This document shows, in pieces, positions 13,728 through 24,930 of a DNA stretch of 64,000 nt. The position numbers and the translations under genes are program-made. The notes under the pieces are model-generated. The model saw only the letters and a list, made by a program, of their open reading frames with translations, was not told the origin of the DNA and ran no database searches. The stretch lies in contig NC_087437.1 in the NCBI RefSeq assembly GCF_036321535.1, positions 45,696,001-45,760,000 on the forward strand. The letters are read 5' to 3'. Source of the DNA: Camelus dromedarius (lineage: Eukaryota). Numbering within the stretch: position 1 is the stretch's first letter; each line of letters starts with the position of its first letter.

Positions 13728-14350
13728 TGTTATATAAGTGGTCCAGTGATGGCCTCTGTATGGTCGCCCCTAAGTTATTTATTTCTGTACAGCAAGGCTG
13801 AGACCCATTAGCTCAAAAGCTTGCTGTGCCAAACTCAAATTTTTACACATTCAAATTTTTAAAATATTGCCCAAAAAAGCAGATTTTTAGCCATTTAGAG
13901 CCTGCTGCTTTGCACACCCTGCAAAACTGTGTCTACCATCTGCTAGCCACAGATAAGGTAAACCTTGTATTTATAAAGACCCAAGTCCCTGCTGCTCTTT
14001 GGAGCTCTCAGACCCAGGGACTCCCTGCCATGCAGCTGAGCAATATCACCGGGACACACATGCCCTCTCTCCAATACCATTCTTTCCAGTTCCCTTGCCC
14101 TTCTCCCCTTCTGGATGGTTGCCACCATCCCACTCCATTCTACACCCACCCATCCCATCCCTTTCTAACTCCCCCACCACCTCCACTACCCCACCATTCA
14201 GGTGCTATAGCCTGTGGATGGACTTCTGTGAGCAATTCCCACCGCACGCAAACTCAACCAAGTAGTGCCCGAATAAGCTTGTCTGTGCTACTGCCACCTT
14301 GAGGTCACCGTTTTTTCCTTGATCAGCCTTAAAACTTCAAATGTCCTATA
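13728..14350 (+). mobile_element. ERVL-class solo LTR (MER73-like), inserted in an L2
   Basis: TG start, aataag polyA-like signal near the end, perfect 5-bp TSD AATAT (13723-13727 / 14351-14355); L2-like sequence on both sides. Confidence 0.75.
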
Positions 14351-15002
14351 AATATCACACATATTTTAAGACTCAGGGATAAACACCTCCTCTGTGAAGC
14401 CTTTATTGTGCCTTCCTCCTTTGTGTTTCCACTGTATAATCCCTCTATTATAGTACTCACTCCAGTATAACGCAACTGATCCCTGTCCAGACTAAGATCT
14501 AGAGGTCACAAACAATGCCTATTTTGTATCTTTCCTGCTCCTAGAACAGGGCTTAGCATATAGTATATGTTCAGTAAATATTTTTTCATAATGGTTGAAT
14601 GTTAATTTACTATACATAAGATTACAGAGAGAGGTTAATCAATATGTAATACATAATACAATGTGTAATAAGTATGGGCAGCAATGGAGTTGTCTCTGCA
14701 ATCAACTTATGTTTACTCTCTACCAATCAATCTGGACAGCTACAGGCCTCTGAGAAGGGAGTCAATCCCTCATCTCACTCTTCTCTTTATCACCTGAACT
14801 TCCACCATTGAGAGAAAACTCTGAGCTGGGTAGATGTGATGAGTTAGTTAAGCATAGAAGAAAGTTCAACATAGCAGATTAAACATAGTAGATTAAAAAG
14901 ATACACTCAGGCCTGCTATATGGGAGTGGAAAGCCTTGAGGAGAATATCCATTACCTGCATGGTATGACAGGAATATAGTAAATATGGTAGCACAGCCTG
15001 CT

Positions 15003-15215
15003 GGATCTGGAATTCCTAAAGGACCCCAAGCCTTACAGATTTCCTCACAATACCATGGCACAGGACAGAAGATCTGGAACCCTTGGAGGATCCCAAGCTC
15101 TTTGGAATTCCTCACAGCAACATGCATGGTACATAATAGGAGATTCTGTCCTCTGGAGCACCAAAAGGACACCAAATCCTATTTAATTTCCTACAGTACC
15201 AAAGCAAAGCACAGA
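15003..15215. repeat. Degenerate tandem array, three copies of a ~50-bp core
   Basis: TCTGGA...AGGA..CCAA...TTCCT(C)ACA cores start at 15006, 15073 and 15152. Confidence 0.65.
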
Positions 15216-15847
15216 AGAGTGCAGATGGTTACATGGAGTTCTGTGACTAGAGAGTCTGTAATAGCTTCATAGGGAATCTCAAGCATCCCCAAAGGGATTA
15301 AGATTTTCCCATTATTTTAAGAGATGAGTAAACATGCTCTTGAACATAGGAATTCCATAAGGGTTTTGTTGTCTCCATAAGGTATCATGGAAAGTTGATA
15401 GGACGTGGACCATGTGAGCTTGATGCTAACTGGGTTCCCAGGTCTTCAAGGGCTACCAGTTAGGATTAACACTAACACAGCCAAGTGCTGTACGTTAGCA
15501 GTAAATGCAAGCAAAGACAGGTGATAACAAATGAAGACCAGACACCACCATTTCTTATCAACAGGGTAGCACTACATAAGTTGTTCCCCAAGTCTCCATC
15601 TTCTCAAGGAAGGATGAGTAGGGGGGAAATTGAGTTGAATTAGAAAACCCAGAAGTGACTGACATTAATCCAAGTTGTGTAAGATTACGTTTCTGCCACT
15701 AGATGAAATATCCAGTAACATATATACTAATTTCAGTGACCAAAAAAATTAAGAAATTAGGTACTTTGATAGGCTTGAGTAAGTGGCTTTTAAAATTCAT
15801 ACCCTTTGTGTATATCAAGTACCTACTATGTGCAAAGCCCTTTGTTA

Positions 15848-18800
15848 ACACAATAGAAAAAAAATCAATAAATCCAAGACCTGATTCTTTGAAAGGGTAC
15901 ACAAAACCAACAAAACTCTGGCCAGGCTCACCAAAAGAGAGAGGACCCAAATAAAGTAAGAAATAAAATAGGAGAAATAACAACCAATACCACAGAAATA
16001 CAAAAAACCATGAGAATACTATGAACAATTATATGTCAATAAATTATACAACCTACAAGAAGTGGACAAGTTTCTAGAAACATGCAGCTCACCAAGACTG
16101 AGATGAGAAGTAACAGATAATTTGAACAGACCGATCACTAGAGGTGAAATAGAATCTGTAATTATAAAAATTCCCGGCAAACAAAAGTCCAGGACTAGAT
16201 GGCTTCTCTGGGAAATTCTACCAAACATACAAAGAACTTACACCAATCCATCTCCAACTCTTCCAAAAAATTAAAGATGAGGGAACACTTCCAAAGCTAC
16301 TCTATGAAGCCACTATCACCTTGATACCAAAACCAGACAAAGACAATAACAAAAAAAAAAATTAAAGACCAGTATCTTTGATGAATATAGATGTAAAAAT
16401 TCTCAATAAATATTATCAAACAGAATCCAACAACACATAAAAAGGATCATACACCATGATCAAGCTGGATTCATCCCAGGGTCACTAGAATGGTTCAATA
16501 AACTCAAATCAATCAACAAGATACATCACATTAAAAAACAAACCAAAAAAGGACAAAAATCACATGATCATCTCAATAGATACAGAAAAAACATTTGATG
16601 AAATTCAGCACCCATTCATGATAAAAACTCTTACTAAAGCAGGTACAGAAAGAATGTATCTCAACATAATAAAAGCTATTTAATGACAAATCCACAGCCA
16701 ACATAATACTCAACAGTGAAAAGTTGAAAGCCATCCCACTAAACTCTGGAACAAGACAAGGACACCCACTCTCACCATTTCCATTCAACATAGTACTGGA
16801 ATTCCTAGCCACAGCAATCAGACAAGAAAAAGAAATAAAAAGTATCCAAATTGGGAGAGAAGAGGTAAAATTGTCATTATATGTGGATAACATGATATTA
16901 TATATAGAAAACCACAAAAACTACTGGAACTGATAAATGATTTCAGCAAGGTAGCAGGATACAAGATTAGCATATGGAAATCTGTGGAATTTCTTTACCC
17001 TAACCATGAAATGTCAAAAAGGGAAAGTTAAAAAAAAAAAAATCCCTTTTAAAATTTGACCAAAAAAATACTTAGGAATAAACTGGACCAAGGAGGTGAA
17101 AGACTGAATGCTGAGAAGTATAAAACACTGATAAAGGAAACTGAAGATAATTCAAGGAAATGAAAAGATATCCCATGCTGTCAGATTGGAAGAATTAATA
17201 TTGTCAAAATGGTCATACTACTCAAAGCAATCTGCAGGTTTAATGTGATCCTTATCAAATAACCCATGGCATTTTTCACAAAACTAGAACAAATAATCCC
17301 TAAAATGTATATGGAACCAAAAAGACCAGGATCTCCAAAACAACGCTGAGGAAAAAGAACAAAGCTGGAGACATAACCCACCTGACATCAGATAATACTA
17401 CAGAGCTACAGAAATCAAAGCAGTATGGTAATTGGCACAAAAACAGATATATGGGTCAATGGAACAGAATAAAGAGCCCACAAATACACCTACACACCTA
17501 TGGTCAATTAATCTTCAACAAAGGAGGCAAGAATATACAATGGAGAAAAGTTAGTTTCTTCAGCAAGTCATGTCAATTAGAACGCATCCACATACCATAC
17601 ACAAAAATAAACTCAAAATGGCTTAAAGGCCTAAATATAAAACATGATACAATAAACCTCCTAAAAGAGAACATAGGCAAAGCATTTTCTGACATAAATC
17701 ATAGCAATGTTTTCTTAGGTCAGTCTCTCAAGCTAATAGAAATAAAAGCAGAAATAAACAAATAGGACCTAAACAAACTTATAAGCCTTTGCACAGCAAA
17801 GAAAACCATAAACAAAACAAAAAGGCAACCAATGAATTGGGAGAAAATATTTGCAAAGAATGTGACCAATGAGGGCTTAATTTCCAAAATATACAAATAG
17901 CTCATACAACTCAATATCAAAGAAACAAACAACCTAATCAAAAAGTGGGCAGAAGACCTACATAGACATTTCAAAGAAGACATCCAGATGGCCAACAGGC
18001 AAATGAAAAGATGCACTAATTACTGAAGAAATGCAAATCAAAACTACAATAACATATAACCTCATACCCATCAGAATGGCCATCATTAAAAAGTCTACAA
18101 GTAATAAATGCTGGAAAGGGTATGGAGAAAAAGAAACCCTCCTATACTATTGGTGTAAATGTAAATTGGTACAGCCACTACAAAGGACAGTATGGAGGTT
18201 CCTTAAAAAACTGAAAATAGGCTTTTCATATGATCCAGCAATCCCACTCCTGGGCATATATCTGGAGAAAACTGTAGTTTGAAAAGACACATGCATCCCA
18301 ATGGATCATAGCAGTACTATTTACAGTAGCCAAGACATGGAAACAACCTAAACGTCCATCAACAGATGACTGGATAAAGAAGTTGTGGTATATTCATACA
18401 ATGGAATACTACTCGGCCATAAAAAAGAATAAAACAATACCATTTGCAGCAACATGGTGGACCTAGAGATTGACATACTAACTGAAGTAAGCCAGAAAGA
18501 GAAAGAAAAATATCATATAACATTAGTCATACGTGGAATCTAAGGGGAAAAAAGGACACTATGAACTCATCTACAAAACAGAAACAGACTCACAGACATA
18601 GTAAACAATCTTATGGTTACTGGGGAAAGGGATAAATTTGAGAGTTTGAGATTTACAAACGTTAGCCACTATATATAAAAATAGATTTTTTAAAAAAGTA
18701 TCTTCTATATAGCACGGGGAACTATGCTCAATATCTTGTAATAACTTTTAATGGAAAAGAATATGAAAATGTATGTATGTATATGCATCACTAGGACATT

Positions 18801-18858
18801 GTGCTGTACACTAGAAATTGACACATTGTAACTAACTATACTTAAATTTTAAAAAAGA
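15848..18858 (+). mobile_element. 5'-truncated L1 (decayed ORF2 RT region to 3' UTR), relatively young
   Basis: ORF fragments [51 protein letters not shown]; multiple stops and frameshifts; 3' UTR with A tail. Confidence 0.95.
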
Positions 18859-19385
18859 ATATGTGGTATGTATACACAATGGAATATGTGGCGTATAGAT
18901 ACAATGGAATACTACTCAGCTATAAAAAAGAATGAATAATGCCATTTGCAGCAATGTGGATGGACCTAAAAATTATTATATTCAGTGAAGTCACACAAAG
19001 ACAAATATCATATGATATCTCTTATAAGTGGAATCTTCAACAATAATGCAAATTTTATTTATAAATCAAAAATAGACCCATGGACATAAAAAACAAACTA
19101 TGGTTACCAAAAGGGAAAAGGCTTGAGAGAGATAAATTAGAAGTTTGGGATTAATAGATACATATTACTATATATAAAATAGATAAACAGCAAGGACCTA
19201 CTTTATAGCACAGGGAATTATATTCAGTTTGTTATAATAAACTATAATGGAAAGGAACTTGAAAAAATATATATGTGTGTGTGTATGTACATGTATAAGT
19301 GGATCCTTTGCTATACACCTGACACTAACATTGTAAATCAACTACACTTCAATAAAAAAAAAATTTTTTTAAGAAAAAAAAACAC
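18859..19385 (+). mobile_element. L1 3' end fragment (cetartiodactyl-type 3' UTR)
   Basis: caatggaatactactcagc...tttgggattaatagatac...cattgtaaatcaactacacttcaataaaa. Confidence 0.88.
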
Positions 19386-19404
19386 AAAATAAAGTAAAAC
19401 AGAA

Positions 19405-19576
19405 AAACAGCAAAAAGGTCTTACTGTAACACAGGGAACTATATTCAACATCCTGTAATAAACCAAAATGGAAAATAAAATGAAAAAGAATATATACATA
19501 TGAATCACTTTCTGTACACCAGAAACTGACACAACATTGTAAATCAACTATACTTTAATTAAAAATAAATAAATAA
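19405..19576 (+). mobile_element. L1 3' tip
   Basis: cacagggaactatattcaacatcctgtaataaacc...cattgtaaatcaactatactttaatt plus (TAAA)n tail. Confidence 0.8.
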
Positions 19577-21845
19577 ACCCAAAGCTAACATCACACTAAA
19601 TGATAAAGAGTGAAATCTTTCCCACTAACATGAGGAACAAGAGTATCCACTCTCACACTTCTACTCAGCATAGCACTGGAAGTCCAAGCCAGATCAATTA
19701 GGCAAGAAAAGGAAATAAAAGGCATCCTAGTTGGAAAGGAAGAAGTAATATTGCCTCTGTTTGCATATGATATAATCTTACATACAAAAATTTCTAAAGA
19801 CATCACCAAAAAACTACTAGAACAATGAATTCAGTAATATTGTAGAACAGAAAAACAACATACAAAAATCATTTGTGTTTCTATATACTAACAATAGACT
19901 ACCTTAAGAAGAAGTAAAGGAAACAATCCTATTTACAATAGCATCAAAAAATAATAAAATACATAGAAATAAATTTAACCAAGTTGGTGAACAATATGTA
20001 CTCAGAAAATTGTAAGACATTAATGGAAGAAATTGAGGAAGACAGAAATGAATGAAAAGATATCCTCTGTTCATGGACTGGAGGAATTAATATAATTAAA
20101 ATGTCCATATTATGCAAACCCATCTATAGATTCAATGTAATCCCTATCAAAATTCCAATGGCATTTTTCCCCCAAAAAGAAAAACAACCCTAAAATTCAC
20201 AAGAAACAACAACAACAAAAATCCAAATAACCAAAGCAATCTTGAGGAAGAATAAAGCTGGAGGCATCACACTTCCTGATTCCAAACTTTACTACAAAGC
20301 TATAGTAATCAAAACAGTATGGTACTGGCATAAAAAACAGACACATAGACCAATGGGACAGACCAGAGGGCCCATAATAAGCCCATGCATATATGGTCAA
20401 CTAATATTTGACAAAGGAGCCAAGAAAAAGCGATAGAAAAAGGACAGTCTCTTCAATAAACAGTGCTGGGGAAACTGGATATTCACACACAAAGAATGAA
20501 ACTGAATCCTTATTTTACACTATACACAAAAATTAACCCAAAATGGATTAAAGACTTAAGTGTAAAATCCAAAACTGAAAAACCACTAGAAAAAAAAACA
20601 TAAGGATAAAGCTCCTTGACATTGATCTTGGCAATAATTTTTGAGTAAGACATCAAAAGCAGAAGCAACAAAAGCAAAAATAAACAAATGAGGCGACATC
20701 AAACTAAAAAGCTTCCACACAGCAAAAGAGAAAAATCAGAAGAATATAAAAACTACCTACACAATGAGAGGAAATATTTGTAAGTCATCTGATTAGGAGT
20801 TAATACCCAAAATACATGGAACTCATGTAATTCAAAACCAAAAAATTATCTTATTTTAAAATGGGCAGGGGACTTGAATAGACATTTTTTGCAAAGTATA
20901 CACACAAATTGCTAACTGATATATGAAAAGATGCTCAACTGCATTAATTATCAGGGAACTGCAAATCAAAACCACAATGAGATATCACTTCACAACTGTT
21001 AGAATGGGTTTTATCAGAAGAATGATAACAAGTATTGGCAAGAATGTGGAGAAAAGGAACTCTTGTGCACTGTTTGTGGGAATGTAAATTGTAGCCACCA
21101 CTACAGAAAGCAGTATGGAGGTTTATCAAAAAATTCAAAATAGAACTGCCATATGATCCAGCAAGCCCATTCCTGGGTATATATCCAAAAGACATAAAAT
21201 CATCATCTCAAAAAGGTATTTGCACCCCATGTTCATGGCAGCACTATTTACAATAGCCAAGGTATGAAAACAACCTAAATATCTATTAACAAATGAATGA
21301 ATTAAGAAACTGTAGTGTGTACGTATGCAATGAAATATTATTCAGCTATATAAAAAAAAAAGGAAATTCTGCCTTTGCAACAACATGGGTTGTCCTTGAG
21401 GGCATTACACTAAGTGAAATAGAGTGTATGTTCTCACTGACATGTAGAATCTAAAAATGCCAAACTCACAGCAGCAGAGAGTAGAATGGTAGTGGCCAGA
21501 GGCTAGGATGAGGGGGTGGAGGGGTGGGAGAAATGGGGAGATGTTGGTCAAAGGGCACAAACTTCCAGCTATAAGACAAATAAGTTCTGGGGATCTAATG
21601 TACAGAATGGTGACTATAATGAACAGTATTATATCGTGTACTTGAAAGTTGCTAAGAAAGTAGATCTTAAATGTTTCACCACACACAAAAAAACTGGTAA
21701 TTATATGAGGGGGTGGAGCTGTTAACTAATTTTATTATAGTAATCATTTTATGATATATATATATATATAAATGTTAAATCACATTGGACACCTTAAACT
21801 TACATATGTTATGTGTCAACAATATCTCAATAAAGCTAGAAAAGA
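19577..21845 (+). mobile_element. Older L1 (L1MA9-like) ORF2 and 3' UTR
   Basis: RKNKAGGITLPDSKLYYKAIVIKTVWYWHK; 3' UTR ends aatatctcaataaagctagaaaa. Confidence 0.92.
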
Positions 21846-23216
21846 CAAATAAGAAAAATGGAATGTAGAAAGGTTATGTAAATCACACAGCACATAAAAG
21901 TCAAAGTCAGAATTCTAAGCAGGCATGCATTAATCATTCTGCAATACTGCTTCAACACAACACAAGAGAACAGGATAAACAAGGGCACAAGGCAGCCGAT
22001 GATTAATTGGCAAATGAGTGGTGCAAAGAATAAATACTTGAGGAGAACCTGACATTTGATGAGCCACTGCTACATTCCAAGCTGTGCAATCCAGAACCAA
22101 GAAGCTGAATATTCATGTCTTACTGCTGTGGGTCTTACACCCAAGGTTTAATGTTTGATTACCACCTACTTTATGCAGAGCTTCAGTGGCTTACTTCATA
22201 AAATAAATCCCATGTGTGTCAGCTGCCAGGGACCTAATATTTAGGTCATTGTATACTAATACAAAGATTTTATCCAAAATATTATCTTAAAGGCTTCTGT
22301 GTCTCAAAGGGGGTAAAAATGAACCTATTTAAAGCACAGTTCCTCTGCTTAGATCCACCTTGAACTATCTATGTAATAGTTCATCCTAGAAGAGTAATCA
22401 CAGCAGAGTTTATGCCACATACACCCGTTGAGATCTACAACTGAAACAGCAAAACTTCTCTATGTTATTTTCTTCTGTTCTTTTCAGTGCAAATCTACCA
22501 TTTCTTCAAAGCCAGTATTTGGCTTGACTAAGATCTTAATAAATTGAATCTTTGTATTGTTCTTAGGAGCAAAACAAGGACTGAAAACACGCAGTGAGCT
22601 TCAGTCCTGACGTACTCTAAGATATTAAAATTGTAATTATTTAAATATTCTCACTTATCCAGTATGAAATACGGTGCACAGGGAAATGAAATTTTTAATT
22701 CACTGTGAAGAGCCTAATTTGCTTTGCAGACAACAATAAAGGTCTGTGTGGGTTTCACCAACCTGCCCTAATCTCCCAAGCTACTCAGGCAGATCATTAA
22801 ATAAATCCTTCAGCAGTTGGCTTTGTTGACCCCATAAAAGTGACCGGTGGCCCAGCCCTGACCAAGCCAATAAATAATCAACTATGAGATTGATGCAATT
22901 CTTAGGAGCCACTATCTCATCACCATTCCAGCAACTATTACCTAAGAAGGCTCTGTGTATGCTTTTCTCTAGTGCCTAGGCCCATTCCCTCCTTTATGGA
23001 CCAATTCAAGCTCTACCTCATACATACAGGGGTCCACAACTACCCCATTTCAGGGGACTCACTGCATTTTGGATCACTGGGATATGTGCTTCCTGTTTCT
23101 CTCAACCTGATTCTAAGGATGAGGTCCCTGGCTACATTTTCATGTGCATATGTTTTATTTCCTAACTAGATATGCGGACAGCATAAGGCAGTGAAAGTGT
23201 AGGACAATGTGAAGAG

Positions 23217-23726
23217 TGTGAAAGAAAAATATTGCCAGCCATATCAGTAAACAAAGGATGCTGTGGCCATCAAGTCATCAGCTGCTACTGCCCCCACCCT
23301 CACCCACCAGCCAACAGTGAGTGGAGGGAACTCAGGACGCAGACAAGCAGGCAGCCCACCTTCTGCTGCCGCCCTCAACAGTGCCCCCTGAGGAAGCTCA
23401 GGATGTGGACAAACAGGATCCTGGCCCTAGACAGCCGGGTGCACATCAAAGGAATGGTTTCAATGAGCCCAGACCTTTGCACCTTCCCATACACAGAAAA
23501 GCAACAAATTCCTTAACTTGAAATATCTGGTCTTCTTTAATTAATAGTAATATTTTGATGTTCTGACTAACATGGTCTTTGTTGCAAAAGCTCCTATATA
23601 TCCTGCCTTCTCCCTTGTCTGGGGGGAGCAGTCTCTTAGAGCGATTTGAGGCTCGAGTCCTCAGAAAGTCTACCGAATAAAGTAGAACTCTCAGCTTTTA
23701 GGATGCACATTTTATTTCAGTAGACA
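23217..23726 (+). mobile_element. ERV1-class solo LTR inserted in a MIR
   Basis: TG...CA ends, cctatata TATA-like box, AATAAA near 23675, perfect 4-bp TSD AGAG; MIR-like sequence continues 23727-23860. Confidence 0.88.
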
Positions 23727-24477
23727 AGAGCACAGGCTTTGAAGATCCACGAAGTCCAATCTCAACCTCACAACTGTGCACAATTCCTTGACTTAGATGA
23801 GCACCAGTGTTCTCTTCTGTAATTAGGCTGAGAAGGGGTGTTGTAAGGAATAAGAAATAACTGTAAAGTACCTTTTGTAGTGTCTCCCCATAGCACAAGC
23901 AGGTGTACACACATGTGTACATACTGTTGTCCTGTATTAACAAGAGAATATACCCTTTCTGAGCACAAGATGTTTTTCTTAAGTTCCTTTGCATGCTTAA
24001 GCTCTCCTAGGACAGTGATTGGCACACTGCGGGTATTTACAGCTTCACAGCATTCTTCTTTAAGCGGAATTTGTTAAGAATCTGGTTTGCGGAGAGTCCA
24101 ATGACTCTAGCAGTACACTTAAAGAACTTCATCAGGATATGATACTACATCTCACGAGGAGATGTGATTGCAAGGCCCCAGTGTGCTTCAGGGCTCTGGA
24201 GGAGTTTTCTGGGCTAAACAGTCAAACATAGCACTCTCTAGGTCTGTAATAGCTGGGCAGGTTCATAGATAGTCATCACTTTCATTGTAAAATTTCACAG
24301 ACCTCACATCCCTTCTCTAAAAGTATGTTTTACTTCCTCTACAGCCTTCTTTCATTTGTTTCCTAAGCTCCTCCTCTAGAACAAAGAAATTAAAAAGAAG
24401 TTCTTAAAAATCAGACCAGGAAATAACAGAATGATCTAGGTGAGACTTTTTCCAAGGAAAAGGGCAGGCAGAGTGCT

Positions 24478-24930
24478 AACAGTTAGGATGACTTTGATTT
24501 CAAGTGACAGAAAGCCAATTTGAACAAATAAAGGTGAGGGGAGGGAACTTTTATAGTAAGTATCCTTAGTACACTCATGAGATTCAAGGTCTGTGGAGCA
24601 GTTCAAATCACTTATTTAAATGCCAGCATTTCTCTCTTCATTTCTCTCTCCTTCCTGCTGTTCACTCACTCACCCTCACTTTCACTCTCTCAGTTGCCTT
24701 CTCTCCTTCTCTTGTCCACAAGACAGTAAACTTGGCCACCAGCAGCCCTGAAGCAGCCTATCTTACAGCTTCAATTAGCAGTCAGTCATCAAAGATATCG
24801 CTCAGCTTTAGTCCAAAGTCAGAACAAGGTGCTAACTGGCCCAGTTTTGATCAGGTACCCAAATCTGGAACCATGGACCGTGGCCAGGTTACAAAATCAC
24901 ACTGTCCAAAAATGGCCCATGTCCCATGAT
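24478..24930 (-). mobile_element. Old MLT1J/K-like MaLR LTR
   Basis: agttaggatgactttgatttcaagtgacagaaagccaa start; tgctaactggcccagttttgatcaggtaccca core. Confidence 0.6.

Noticed and set aside
13826..14302. Longest ORF in the window (158 aa)
   Set aside because: Lies wholly inside a solo LTR, has a GTG start, and shows no recognisable domain.
15848..21845. Active L1 or domesticated reverse transcriptase
   Set aside because: 5'-truncated, many stops and frameshifts, catalytic motifs mutated.
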